Of a DNA stretch of 32,187 nucleotides, positions 1 through 12,459 are shown piece by piece. The stretch lies in the NCBI RefSeq assembly GCF_006345805.1, contig NW_021829667.1:1-32187 (forward strand), written 5' to 3'. Every line of letters starts with the position of its first letter. The stretch's first letter is position 1. Under the pieces are notes generated by a model. The model was not told the origin of the DNA. It saw nothing but the letters and a program-made list of their open reading frames with translations, and ran no database searches. This stretch comes from Octopus sinensis (lineage: Eukaryota). Both the position numbers and the translations under genes were made by a program.

Positions 1-299
1 TAATGAATGCCTGTATATTTGTGTATATGTGTGTGTGTGTGAGTGTAGGCGCGCGCGTGTTTATAAATACAGGCTATGTACAAATTTTTACATACTTCCG
101 TACATGCATAAACCACACAATACACTATATATATATATATATATATAATATATATATAGTATATATATATATATATATTATATATTCATACATTAATTTA
201 CCTGATTAAACTTCGAATGAATGATATATGTATAAGTTTAGCAGAGTGTGCACAAGTTTGGTGACCTAGTTGTCTAGTTTCATTTCAAACTTTGTCCAC

Positions 300-790
300 T
301 ATGCCTGCAACAATGTGTGTAGCTTTTGATAGAGATATAGAACTGCCTCAGTATTAAAAGATTACATAAGAATAACAGAGTATTGAATTCGAAAGAGACT
401 TCATTGACAGTTATTGCGAAAACCTAGCGAACTGGAAATTTTAGTGGCATAAATTTGTCTGTGATCAGGCTTGTAAAGTGTCACTTTAATTCTTGGCATT
501 ATGGCATATTTTTCCTTTCTGGAACCACACTGCTTTGAACCGTTCATCTCTGCAAATGCGTTATTCGAATTCTTGTTTCATTGTTAACTCTATTAAAGAA
601 GACACCTTCCTTCTTTTTAGATGAAAACAAGGAAGTTTGGTGACATCTCCCAGATTTGCATTTTGAGAAACATTGATTCCAGCGAAGAGGAAACCAACAT
701 GTGCTTTAGTACTTTGGATAATTGTAGACATTGTCTTCATCTTTTGATGAAGATCTAAGTGACTTGACTTACGGGACTGATTCTCCACCA
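300..790 (-). mobile_element. Possible decayed Helitron/PIF1-type helicase fragment
   Basis: Across frameshifts and a stop: MPRIKV (485-499), KFPVR*VFAITVN (~400-441), RQFYISIKS (322-348). These are colinear with the PIF1 motifs IPRI...QFPVRLAFAMTINK...GQLYVALSR. Confidence 0.45.
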
Positions 791-1501
791 AATAAGTTAA
801 TTATTTTCTCATTTATAGAATCATCAGCGTTATGTCTTTGGAGATAGTATTGTTCGGTCACTGGAGTTTGCAGGATCCAATTGGCTGCGACCATTTATCA
901 TCTCTCTTTGGAATCCGATACAACTTCAACAGTATTCAAAAAATGAATATGTTCTCGCGAAGTATAGATCTTAGTGGGATCGAACCTGTGACCCTGAGAT
1001 TGCGAAGTGAATTTCCGTGTCATTTGACAATATTACACTAACATGTTTATGGAATATATACATGTGTGTGTGTGTGTGTATGTGTGTGTGTGTGTTGTGT
1101 GTGTATGTGTGTGTGTGTACGTGTATGTTTGCATGTACCTCGACGTGTGTATGTGTACGTGTGTATGTACTTGTACATGTGCGTGTATGTGCTTGTGTAA
1201 AATGGCTATTATCAAGTAAATAAAGTGTTCAACCTCTGAGCATGCTGCCACGAGCTCGCATCCTCCTGCGGGCATTGCGTTGATGCAGCTCACTTGTCCC
1301 GACTAAATATTAACCTTCTAACCTAAGTATGACATTAACCATCTCATTTTGGACTTTGGAATATAATTTCACATATAAACACAAAATAAATGCATATACA
1401 TACAGATATGCATATACACACATACACATATATACATACAGATATACTCATAGATACATATATACATACATATAAATACATATGCATCCATCCATCCATT
1501 C

Positions 1502-1641
<140 letters not shown>

Positions 1642-2368
1642 GGATTGGAGACAAACATTTACCTCTCTGGTCAATCTCTCATCAACTTTTTCAAGTATCA
1701 CTTGAAAAGGAAAGTGAGAGTAGAGAGGCAAGTTTTGTCTAGCGAATGTTTCAAAAACAAAGATGGGTGAAAGTCGCAAGGATGGCACGTATGAATGACG
1801 AAGCCACCTTGAGCATAATCCTATGAACCCGGAAAAATTTAAAACAGAGGGTTACCTATTTGCAAACAAATGTGGTAACATGTAACATCATTGACCGAGG
1901 TTACCGTGGTCTTTTCTGCAGGCTTTTCTTCCCACAGATAAACCTTATCTGCTTCCCCCTTTACACTTTACACCATGACACTGTGATACATGATCCCTAT
2001 AGATCTTTTTTTTCTTTTTTTTTTTTCTTCTTTCCCTTTTACGATCCCCTTTGATCGAAAACCTAACCCACCTCTTATTTTTTCTTCTCTCCTAGCTATC
2101 TATCTGCCTATCTATCTTTCTATTTATCTATGTGTGCGTGAGTGTGTGTATAAAGAGGAAGAGAAAGGCGGAGAAAGAGACTGGATTTTTACCCTTCCTT
2201 TTTAAGCATTAAACTAATACAATATTTAAAACTTAGCCCACGTCTTGACAATTTTTGTTTTTGTTCATTAACATCACAATATCTTTATATGTGTGTGTGT
2301 ATATGAGTGTGTGTGAACATGTGCGTGCGTGCGCGTGTGTATAAATGTATATATACATGTGCGTGTAT

Positions 2369-2403
<35 letters not shown>

Positions 2404-2404
<1 letters not shown>

Positions 2405-2805
2405 CTCTTTTACTCTTTACTCTTTTACTTGTTTCAGTCATTTGACTGCGGCCATGCTGGAGCACCGCCTTTTAATCGAGCAACTCGACCCCGGGACTTA
2501 TTCTTTTGTAAGCCCAGTACTTATTCTATCGGTCTCTTTTGCCGAACCGCTAAGTAACGGGGACATAAACACACCAGCATCAGTTGTCAAGCAATGCTAG
2601 GGGGACAAACACAGACACACAAACACACACACGCATATATATATACATACATACGACGGGCTTCTTTCAGTTTCCGTCTACCAAATCCACTCACAAGGCT
2701 TTGGTCGGCCCGAGGCTATAGTAGAAGACACTTGCCCAAGGTGCCACGCAGTGGAACTGAACCCGGAACCATGTGGTTGGTAAGCAAGCTACTGACCACA
2801 CAGCC
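2404..2805 (-). mobile_element. Family A SINE
   Basis: Near full-length reverse complement of 14188-14594; a partial second copy follows at 2827-2922. Confidence 0.88.
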
Positions 2806-3099
2806 AATATATATATATACATGTATTCTTTTCTTTTATTTGTTTCAGTCATTTGAATGGGGCCATACTGGAGCGCCGCGTTTAGTTGAATAAATCATCC
2901 CCGGGACTTATTCTTTGTAAGACTATATGTATATGTATACGTATCTCTCTCTCTCTCTCTCTCCCTCTCTCAATCTATCTATCTATCTAAGTATATATAT
3001 ATACATACCTAGACGGTTTTATAGATATTTCAAAATTGTGATGCTATGATACTAGGTGTTTCCATTATTGTGTACATTTTCTGTACAGGAAAAAATAGT

Positions 3100-3570
3100 T
3101 TACATCTTGAGACAGAAACTTATGACGTCAACAGTTTTGACCTGTTTTAACTTTTTTTCAGTCATGGAATCGATGTCATGCAAGGAGACTAAACAAAAAT
3201 ACCACGTAATTGTGAAGTTAACTTATTAAACTCACAACCCTCTATGTAATGCATCTGAGCAAATAACGATCTTTTATTGGTTGACATATCTTAGCACTGA
3301 TCAGCAAACAGTTTTTTCGCTGAAATCAAAAACAAAATCAATGGTTTGTTTAGGATAAAAAAAGTTTGGGTACCTCTGGCGGACGAAACCGAACATGCCG
3401 AAACAGCAGTGTCCCACAGGTCATTGCGCCAATGCACCGAGTGTGTTATGAACACATTGTCGTCGTAGAAGGGAAAAGGGCGTTCTCCTGTGACGCAAAC
3501 AACAGCGACTAGCATATTTGCTTTCGAACCAGCCAGAACACTTTGAGAATAAATGTGCAAAATCTTCGTT
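3100..3570 (+). mobile_element. Possible decayed piggyBac-like transposase C-terminal region
   Basis: Weak colinear resemblances across several frames: VNSFDL, SCKETKQKYH, IFYWL/DIS..ANSF, then Cys-rich QCTEC and SCD...HICF. Highly degenerate. Confidence 0.25.
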
Positions 3571-4024
3571 ATCTGGGATTTATTTTTTAGAATAAAGACA
3601 AGCCACTCCCAGTTGAATTTGAACTCACGATGTAGAGTTACAAAAGTAAGCAGTGTACCGTAATGAGTGCGGCGCTCTAGTGCCGGAGAATGGTGGAATA
3701 ATAAAACAGTTGGCTGGATATTTTACTCAAGGCTAAATTAGATAAGTGGATATTAACCTCCTCCCCTTTCTCCTCCTCCTCCTCTCCCTCCTCCCCTTCT
3801 TCCTCTTATTGCTTATAAGTGTACGCTATGTTCCTCTCTCTCTCTCACCAACTGCCATTTTCTCTTCCTCTTTTCATATGTGTGTGTGTGAGCATTTGCG
3901 TGTATGCTTTTGCATGCGTGTGCTTACGTTTTTCTCTTGCTCGTTCTCTTTTTCTATCTGTCTCCTTCGTTCTCTCTCTGTGTCTCACCCCTTTCTATCC
4001 CCTCTCTCTCTCTCTCTCTCTCTC

Positions 4025-4055
<31 letters not shown>

Positions 4056-4767
4056 ATATTATATTATATATATATATTTATATTATATATATATGTTTGA
4101 ATATAATATATATTATATATATACATACTTGTGTATCTCTTTTCTATCTGTGTATATGTATGTATGCATGTGTGTAAGTTTGTGTGTATGTATACACACA
4201 CTCGCGCACACAGACACAGACACAGACACACACACAACACACACACATACATACATGTGTGTTTATCTCTTTTTCTATCTCTCATTCTCTCTCTGTGTGT
4301 CTGTTTGTCTCTCTCTCTCTCTCTCAGTCTTGCGTGTGCATACTATTTCTTTCTCCCTTTGGCTTTAGGTTTGTCTAAATTCTTTCTTTCAGTTCAATCC
4401 CCTGTTTTGTTTCTTCCCGAGAAACCAAGTCAACCATCCAGAAACTAGGGTCTCAATGGTAAGGTCGCTCGTTGAGAGGAATTACAAATTAATCAATCCT
4501 CTTCTAAATCAAAAATTGTAAATTATAAACTAATGACTGTGGGGTTAATAAAGCAATTAAACACAATAATTGCAAATAAATTTCACACAAAAAAACAAAC
4601 AAAAGCTAATTTTTGAATTAAAATAAAGGTCACAAAGTCCACAGGAGCGGCGGGTGGGGTGGGGAATGTCGAAATTGAATCTACTTGAGTGGCATGAATG
4701 TGACATCGACCTCGGAGGGATGAAAGGCGACAGTAACTTCAACGCAACTTGAACTTGGAACGTATAT

Positions 4768-4799
<32 letters not shown>

Positions 4800-4810
4800 A
4801 AAGTTGAACG

Positions 4811-4852
<42 letters not shown>

Positions 4853-4882
4853 CGTTCAACTTTTAAATAACCTATCTATCAT

Positions 4883-5167
4883 GGAGATTCATGGCCTAGT
4901 GGTCAGAGCAGTGGAGTCGAGGTCGAAGGATGGTGGGTTCAAATCTCAGACCGGGCGACGTGTGTGTTTATTAGCGAAACACCTAAGCTCGACGCGGTTC
5001 CGGCAGAATGTAATGTCGAACTCTTGCTGACGCTTTCGCCACAAATTCCCCTCATCCAGCTGCTCCCCTGCGACGGAGCGGCGTCCCGTCCAGATGGGAT
5101 ACCTATACGCCGATGAAACCGGGAAACCGGCCCTTATGAGCCAAGCATGGCTCGGGAAGGAACAAAC
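4883..5167 (+). mobile_element. tRNA-derived SINE, family C variant with a different 3' half
   Basis: A/B boxes (TGGCCTAGTGG, GGTTCAAATC). The 3' half GCGACGGAGCGGCGTCCCGTCCAG...GAAACCGGGAAACCGG is shared with 21301-21576. Confidence 0.8.
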
Positions 5168-5225
5168 AGCATTTGTCTATCTATCTTTCTGTGTGTACTT
5201 GTTTGTATCATTGTGCGTTATTCTG

Positions 5226-5421
5226 TTACGTGTTTCAGTCATTAGACTGTGGCCACACTGGAGCACTACTTTAAAGAGATTTAGTCAGACAAATCGACCC
5301 CAGGACTTGTAAATATGATACTTATTCAATGTGTCGCTTTTGCCGAAACGCTAAGTTATAGGGACGTAAACACACTAACATCGGTTGTCAAATGACGGTG
5401 GGAGAAAAACACAGACACAAA
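5226..5421 (-). mobile_element. Family A SINE, 3' half
   Basis: TGTTTCAGTCATTAGACTGTGGCCACACTGGAGCAC...CGCTAAGTTATAGGGACGTAAACAC matches family A. Confidence 0.8.
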
Positions 5422-5488
5422 CATAGATAGATACATAATTCATGTATTCATGTATGTATGTATTTTTTTATTCGTATATGTGTATATG

Positions 5489-5545
<57 letters not shown>

Positions 5546-5558
5546 ATATATATCTTAC

Positions 5559-5805
5559 GGAGATGTACTTTCATAGCGAGTGACTTGATCTGAGATCGTG
5601 TGCTGGAACGAAAACAATTGCAGCGTGGAAGGTGTTTATAAGCCATTTAAGAAACAAACAAAAAACCGTTAGATTCACTTCAACATTTAAATTTAATTTA
5701 TCAAAATATTTTCGTCGCTTTGAGACTGCGACCTGTGAAGTGAATCTAACGGTTTTTGTGTGTTTCTTAAATGGCTTATAAACACCTTCCATGCTGCAAT
5801 TGTTT
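5559..5805. mobile_element. Palindromic foldback/MITE-like element, deletion derivative 1
   Basis: Arms 5612-5682 and 5736-5805 form a near-perfect inverted repeat (2 mismatches, 1 indel) with a 53-nt loop. It shares the GGAGATGTAC...GATCTGAGAT start with 12208 and lies within (TA)n. Confidence 0.8.
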
Positions 5806-6065
5806 ATATATATCGATCCATACCTTGTCAGTGATATTGGGTAGAGAAAAATGTATAAAAATTCATCTGTTGGATTCATTAGATAAGACACACACACACA
5901 CACACACAACACAGACACACACACACAACACAGACACAAACACACATACACACACACACACACATACACACATACAAATACATACACATACACACACATA
6001 CACACATACAAATACATACACACACACATACATACACGCGCGCACATACACACACGCTAACTCAG

Positions 6066-6441
6066 CTTTTACCTTTTACTTGTTTCAGTTGACTGCGGGC
6101 CATGCTGGAGCACCGCATTGAAGAATGAATTTGATTTCTGTACTTATGTTTCATTTTAAGCCTGGTACTTATTCTATCGGTCTCTTATGCCGAACCGCTA
6201 TGAAGCAGTGGTGGAGGACAAGCATAGACAAAAAAACAAAAACAAAAAAAACACACACACACACACACACACTAATATGACGGACCTCTTTCAGTTTCTA
6301 TCTACCAAATCCACTCAAAAGACTTTGGTCGGTTCGATGCTATCGTAGAAGCCACTTACCCAAAGTGCCACACAGTGGGAGTGATGTAGAAACCATGTAG
6401 TTGGGAAGCAAATTCCTTACCATATAATCTCACCTGCACCT
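6066..6441 (-). mobile_element. Family A SINE with internal deletion
   Basis: Both halves and the internal (CA)n are recognisable. Confidence 0.8.
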
Positions 6442-6726
6442 ATATATATATATATAAGTATTAATAGCACGCGAAACAGCGGTTATCAAAACATGGAAAA
6501 TATGTTCTGAAAGTCTTGGAAGGGAAAATGCTTTTCCTTTTTCTTTACTGTTGGATTTCTTCTTAGGAGAATATTTCACTTTAGACATTGTATTGTGACG
6601 AAAACGCGCTTCATTGACGTTGTCGATTCTTAAACACCACCGTTTTGGTATGATTGTGACTCCTCAGTTAGAATACACACACACACACACACACACATAT
6701 CATATAGATATATATATACACATACA

Positions 6727-6766
<40 letters not shown>

Positions 6767-6799
6767 TAAATTACATCATCATGAATAACAAGATGAACC

Positions 6800-6854
6800 A
6801 CAATAATAGTTGTAGTAATATAATAATAATAGAGGTAATAATAGTAATAAAATA

Positions 6855-6885
<31 letters not shown>

Positions 6886-7165
6886 GTGGTTAGTAGTAGT
6901 AGTAGTAGTAGTATTAATAGTAGTAGTAATACTAGTTGTAGTAATAATAATAATAATAATAATAATAATACAATAATAATACTAATAATTCTTTCTAATT
7001 TTGGTCAACTGTTTTAAGGGAAGGAGTTCCCCAGTACTTGATTGGTACTTTATTTTATCGACCTCGGAAGGATAAAAGGCAAAGTGGACCTCCGTAGATT
7101 TTTAATTCTGAACATAAAGGCAGGTGAAATTAATAATATAAAATAAAATAATAATAATAATAATA

Positions 7166-7228
<63 letters not shown>
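6800..7228. repeat. Compound (AAT)/(ACT)/(AGT)n arrays around a family B SINE fragment
   Basis: Direct reading. Confidence 0.9.
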
Positions 7229-7230
<2 letters not shown>

Positions 7231-7943
7231 TACATGGCCACACATGATATCTACATAGTATATTATTTATCTTCTTTTGTTTGAGAAATCTTGCTCATAA
7301 CTTTTCCCACTTATTATTTTATTGTTCGTCAATCAGAAACCGAATCCACGTGGTTGGCTGGCTGGTTTGTTGGTTTGTCGGTTTGTCTTTATGAATGTAC
7401 TTGGAAATCTAAAATAGACAAAATTTAAACCGGAACTGAAAACTGTCAATTGACTCATCTCTCCCACGTAATGCTTTTTTTTAATTCATAATTTGGTGTT
7501 ACGAATGAAAAAGGAAAAGAAAAAAAAAAAAGAAAATGAAATGAATAAAAAATTAACAACGGTAACAAAGAAACAAACGTATGTGCCTATAAGTATGGCA
7601 CCGTGTACAAACACAGAGAACAGTAAAGAAATGCGAATTGCGTGTTTAAAAGCTGCAATAAATCTGAGGTTTTAAGAAAATGTCCGCCATTTTGAAATTA
7701 GATTGAGTTGTTGTTGTTGCTGCTGCTGCTGATGTTGTTGTTGTTGTTGTTGTTCTTCTTCTTCTTCTTCTTCCGCTTGCATTTTACTTTAACTTACGCA
7801 TAAACACACACACACATACAAAAGACACAGACACACGCAGGTATACAGTGGCAGACACACACACATAGACTTTCGCGGTAAATATTTCACACACATATAG
7901 AAGCAAATACACAGACATACATTCATATACGTCTATCTATCTA

Positions 7944-8010
<67 letters not shown>

Positions 8011-8030
8011 ATATCTACCTATCTACCTAC

Positions 8031-8106
<76 letters not shown>

Positions 8107-8624
8107 ACATACATACATACATATATACATACTCATGTATGTCTTAATTTTGCGTTGGTCAACCTGTGCAAGGCTATGTCTGACCCCAACGTCAAACCAG
8201 ATTTGCCTCTACATATTTAATTGCTATAGAAATATGCACGCAAAATTATGCACACTTCCTTCGTCTCCCAGTCATGAATATCTTTCAACCGCATTTCTCG
8301 GTATTAACAAAATCTCTGGTGGATTGAGATCCCATATTGCTGTACCCTTAACTTAGATATCAAGGAGATTTAGTTGACACAGAATCTGACAAGGAAGGTC
8401 GTTTGAATTACAGGTACAGCGCCATTTTTGTCAGCTCACTGAGTTGGAGCAGTGTGAAATAAATTGTCTTGCTCAACAACACAACATACATCCTGGTCCG
8501 GGAAACGAACTCACAACCTCACGATTTTGCATTGCTCAAGGACAGAACGAGCCACCGAAAATCAAACTCTCGTCCTTATGATCCGAATAACCTCACCGCT
8601 AAGCCATACTCTCTTTGCCTATTA

Positions 8625-8940
8625 ACATACATACATACATACATACATACATACATGCATATACATACATACATACGTACGTACATACATACATACGTAC
8701 ATACATACATACGTACGTACATACATACATACATACATACATACATACATACATACATACATACATACGTACGTACGTACATACATACATACATACATAC
8801 ATACATACATACATACATACATACATACATACGTACGTACGTACGTACATGCATACATACATACATTCATACATACATACATACATTCATACATGCATAC
8901 TACATACATACCTACATACATACATACATACATACATACA

Positions 8941-8970
<30 letters not shown>
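8625..8970. repeat. (TACA)n microsatellite with (TACG) blocks
   Basis: Direct reading. Confidence 0.97.
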
Positions 8971-8971
<1 letters not shown>

Positions 8972-9063
8972 GAGTGAGTGCATGTGCCTATCTATAAAGG
9001 AAACACATTTTTCAGTTACCAAGTTGAAGATATGAATAAATGAACGAACGGTTGTGTGTGTGG

Positions 9064-9129
<66 letters not shown>

Positions 9130-9261
9130 TGAGGGAGAGAGAAATAGCGAGAAAGAGTGTGTGCGATTATACAGAACAGAATATGGCGGACATTGCGTGT
9201 ATGTATGTATGTACATGTAGACGTATATCTAGGACGTAAATATGAATTTTATTATACATAC

Positions 9262-9303
<42 letters not shown>

Positions 9304-9381
9304 ATGTATACACACATATATATATTTATATATAAATTTTAGATATATATGAATATGCATACACACTACTAGTTTGTTTGA

Positions 9382-9419
<38 letters not shown>

Positions 9420-9949
9420 TTGTGTCTGTGTGCGTGCGCGTGCGTGTTTATATTTTAGACCAAGTAGTTATTAAATGCTGAAGCTTCTTATTTCATGCTC
9501 TGATTACGATTTCGTTATTTGAATTTCGTGTATATTCCCACCCCCGCCACTTTTTTTTTTTACCTCGTTTTTATTTGTTTGTTTGTTTGTTGTTGTTTTT
9601 TTGTTTTTGTTAAGAACTACGATCCCTCAATTGGATGTGAGAAGGATGGAAGGACGGTAGGAAGAAAAGGAAAGAAGGAAAAAACAAGAAAGAGAGGAAA
9701 AGGAAAACAAAATGTGAAAGAAAACCAGAAATGGAAGGGAAGAGGGGGGGCGTGCGGGGACAGGAAAGGTTGTGAGTAAATAAAGACGTAATTTTGTGGT
9801 GATGGATGTCAGTGAGTATGTGTTTGTTGTATTTAATTAATATAGACTGTACGTCACATGTTGCATATATCGGACAGTGACATTGTGGTGACGGAAGTGG
9901 CGGCGGCTGTGGTGGTCGTGGTCGAGGTTGTGGTAGCAGTAGAGGCCTA

Positions 9950-10872
9950 ACCTCTAAGTCCGGCGAAACTGTTTCTACTGTCAAGGGAAGGGGTGAATAC
10001 GGGCGCTGGCGCCTAAAAATCAGTGTTTTGGGTAGCTGCAGCTCATCAGCCTGGGAAGATATTTCTTTTTAAAGAGGGAAAAGGTCTGGCTTCAAACCTC
10101 TGCTACCTTACAGCAATACCTAACACAGGGGTAAGACTTTGTGAGTGAACCCTAATGAAAAATCCGAGCTAAATTTTTCAAGCCAGCCCAGAGATTTTTT
10201 ACAATAATGTTTTGTCAACTTTTGCCAAAAGACTGGTGCCAAACTGTTATGCCCTTTGCCCTTTCCTTTAAACTACATCAGGGTCGTGGACTGGGGAGAC
10301 CTACTGTATGGGCAACTCATGGTCTCCTATATTAACCCTACCCAGCTTGCATCCTGGAGGGGACCCTCCATCATTGTCTCATCATGATGATACAACATGG
10401 AAAGCAGCAGTTCTCTGGTTATAGGTCACCGCTCGGATTGGTGCGGAGATTGGCGCAAGGAGCAGCTATTAACATAAGTAGAGGCCATCGTAGAGGTTAC
10501 TGCTTAGCGAATAGCAAATACTACGCCTAGTATAACAAGATACCAAAAGAAGAAGCGTGCATTCAAGTTAGGATGCTGGATTGTATTGACTATGATCACG
10601 GGACTATCAGATAAATTCCTGAAGATCAGTGACGTATGAAATACTAATGATTATCAACGGACTGCTGAATTTTCAACTGGACAGCGCAGGAGGAACTCTA
10701 TACGAAAGAGCTATAACTTTTTCTAACATATAATGTCCTTAGACCAAACTAGAAAGCACTCTGTTGGTGTCGTTATGAGAAACTCAAGGCTAAAGTTGGT
10801 GGAGCCCAGCGAGAGAGGGACTAAGCGGACTTTTACACTTCGACTCCATACTTCCGGTGAACTTCTAAACAG
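9950..10872 (+). mobile_element. Decayed RTE-clade LINE: 5' UTR plus AP-endonuclease N-terminus, 3'-truncated
   Basis: FKLGCWIVLTMITGLSD at 10562 resembles the RTE motif LKLGCWNVRTM. RKHSVGVVMRNSRLKLVEP..GTKRTFTLRLHT resembles REHGVGFAVRN...VEP..GSERLLTLRLHT. The upstream ~600 bp resembles RTE 5' UTRs from memory. Similarity ends at a (TACA)n array. Boundaries approximate. Confidence 0.7.
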
Positions 10873-10957
10873 AAAATTACACATGTATACATACATACAT
10901 ACATACATACATACATACATACATACAGGCATACATACATACATACATATATATGTG

Positions 10958-11235
10958 AAAGCACATGGCTCAGTGGTTAAGGTGTTGCACTCACGATTGC
11001 AAGATCTTGGGTTCGATTCCCAAACCGGGCGTTGCGTTGTGTTCTTGAGCAAAGCACTTCATTTCACGTTGCTCTGCGACCATTTCGTCATCTGACGTGT
11101 GGCATACACCCGTTGCACCTGTACAGGTAATATCGATTTGATGGAGAGAGTGAGCTTATGTCTACACAAACATTTGCTCACTATAAACAAATCATCTGTG
11201 TGGTTGTTCAGTAAGAAATTGTGGAACCCTCATAC
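10958..11235 (+). mobile_element. tRNA-derived SINE (family E)
   Basis: TGGCTCAGTGG A-box, GGTTCGATTCC B-box, then TTGAGCAAAGCACTTCATTTCACGTTGCTC central segment. A related, more decayed copy lies on the minus strand at ~8330-8530. Confidence 0.75.
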
Positions 11236-11296
11236 TGAAGAGTCTGTCATATATGTGTGTGTATGTGTGTGTGTGAATATATATATACTTCTGTTT

Positions 11297-11681
11297 GGAG
11301 GCGCAATGGCCCAGTGGTTAGGGCAGCGGACTCACGGTCATAGGATCGCGGTTTCGATTCCCAGACCGGGCGTTGTGAGTGTTTATTGAGCGAAAATACC
11401 TAAAGCTCCACGAGGCTCCGGCAGGGGATGGGGGTGATCCCTGCTGTACTCTTTCACCGCAAATTTCTCTCACTCTTACTTCCTGTTTCTGTTGTACCTG
11501 TATTTCAAAGGGCCGGCCTTGTCACTCTCTGTGTCACGCTGAATATCCCCGAGAACTACGTTAAGTGTACACGTGTCTGTGGAGTGCTCAGCCACTTACA
11601 CGTTAATTTCACGAGCAGGCTGTTCCGTTGATTCGGATCAACCGGAACCCTCATCGTCGTAACCGACGGAGTGCTTCCATG
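11297..11681 (+). mobile_element. Full-length tRNA-derived SINE (family C) with target-site duplication
   Basis: A-box TGGCCCAGTGG, B-box-like GTTTCGATTCC. The direct repeat TACTTCTGTTTGGAG at 11286-11300 and 11682-11696 overlaps the GGAG head by 4 nt. Confidence 0.92.
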
Positions 11682-12113
11682 TACTTCTGTTTGGAGCATT
11701 CACTTTTCTGCGTAACTCATTGTGTTGAGGGGAAAGGCCACCGTTAAAGAGCAGCGGCTCTTCAAGGAAATTGGCGCTAGTTTCTTTAGAAGCATTGTCC
11801 TCCGTTCGAAAAATTACTGTAACAAAATTTCCTTAAATGAAGTGAATTTGATAAAGAACAAGACGTCCTATTCGGTACTTTGGTACTTGAAAGTATTCAA
11901 CAAAACATACAGTCACAGTTGATGTATTACCCACCTTCCTTTACTCGCTGACGAATGTATGGCGCTACATGAAACATTTGCGCGCGTGTGTGTGTGTGTT
12001 TATATATATATTACAGTATGTATGTATGTATGTATGTTGTATGTATGTATGTATGTATGTATGTATGTATGTATGTATGTATGTATGTATGGTATATATA
12101 TATATATATATAT

Positions 12114-12144
<31 letters not shown>

Positions 12145-12145
12145 T

Positions 12146-12190
<45 letters not shown>

Positions 12191-12207
12191 TATATATATA
12201 TATATAT

Positions 12208-12459
12208 GGAGATGTACTAGCATAACAAGTGACTTGATCTGAGATTCACTTCAACATTTAGATATAATTGTCCAAATATTTTCGTCGCTTTGAAACACTG
12301 ACAAAATTCTGTGCTGAACGGAATTTTGTCAGTGAACAGGTCGCGGTTTCAAAGCGACTAAAATATTTTGACAAATTAAATTTAAATGTTAAAGTGAATC
12401 TAACGGTTTTTGTGTATTTTTTTAAATGTCTCATAAACACCTTCCACGCTGCAATTGTT
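12208..12459. mobile_element. Palindromic foldback/MITE-like element, deletion derivative 2
   Basis: Outer arms 12242-12296 and 12346-12401, plus a perfect 14-bp inner stem 12296-12309/12321-12334. (TA)n on both flanks. Confidence 0.8.

Noticed and set aside
1688-1708. Short perfect hairpin (another at ~1906-1922)
   Set aside because: Expected by chance in AT-rich DNA; bacterial-type terminators are irrelevant in this eukaryotic context.
4393-4458. Possible 66-nt plus-strand exon (TTTCAG| ... ATG|GTAAGG)
   Set aside because: The peptide is unrecognisable and no partner exons were found; such signals arise by chance.
11297-11375. tRNA-like sequence here and at 10958, 14188, 16525, 27235 and ~970-1030
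   Set aside because: A/B boxes are present, but each continues into a SINE body and I could not form a full cloverleaf with an acceptor stem.
11379-11631. Peptides nearly identical to those at 27317-27569, suggesting a duplicated gene
   Set aside because: They are chance ORFs inside two copies of the family C SINE.
11722-11922. 66-aa non-repetitive ORF
   Set aside because: GTG start, no recognisable motif, no splice context.
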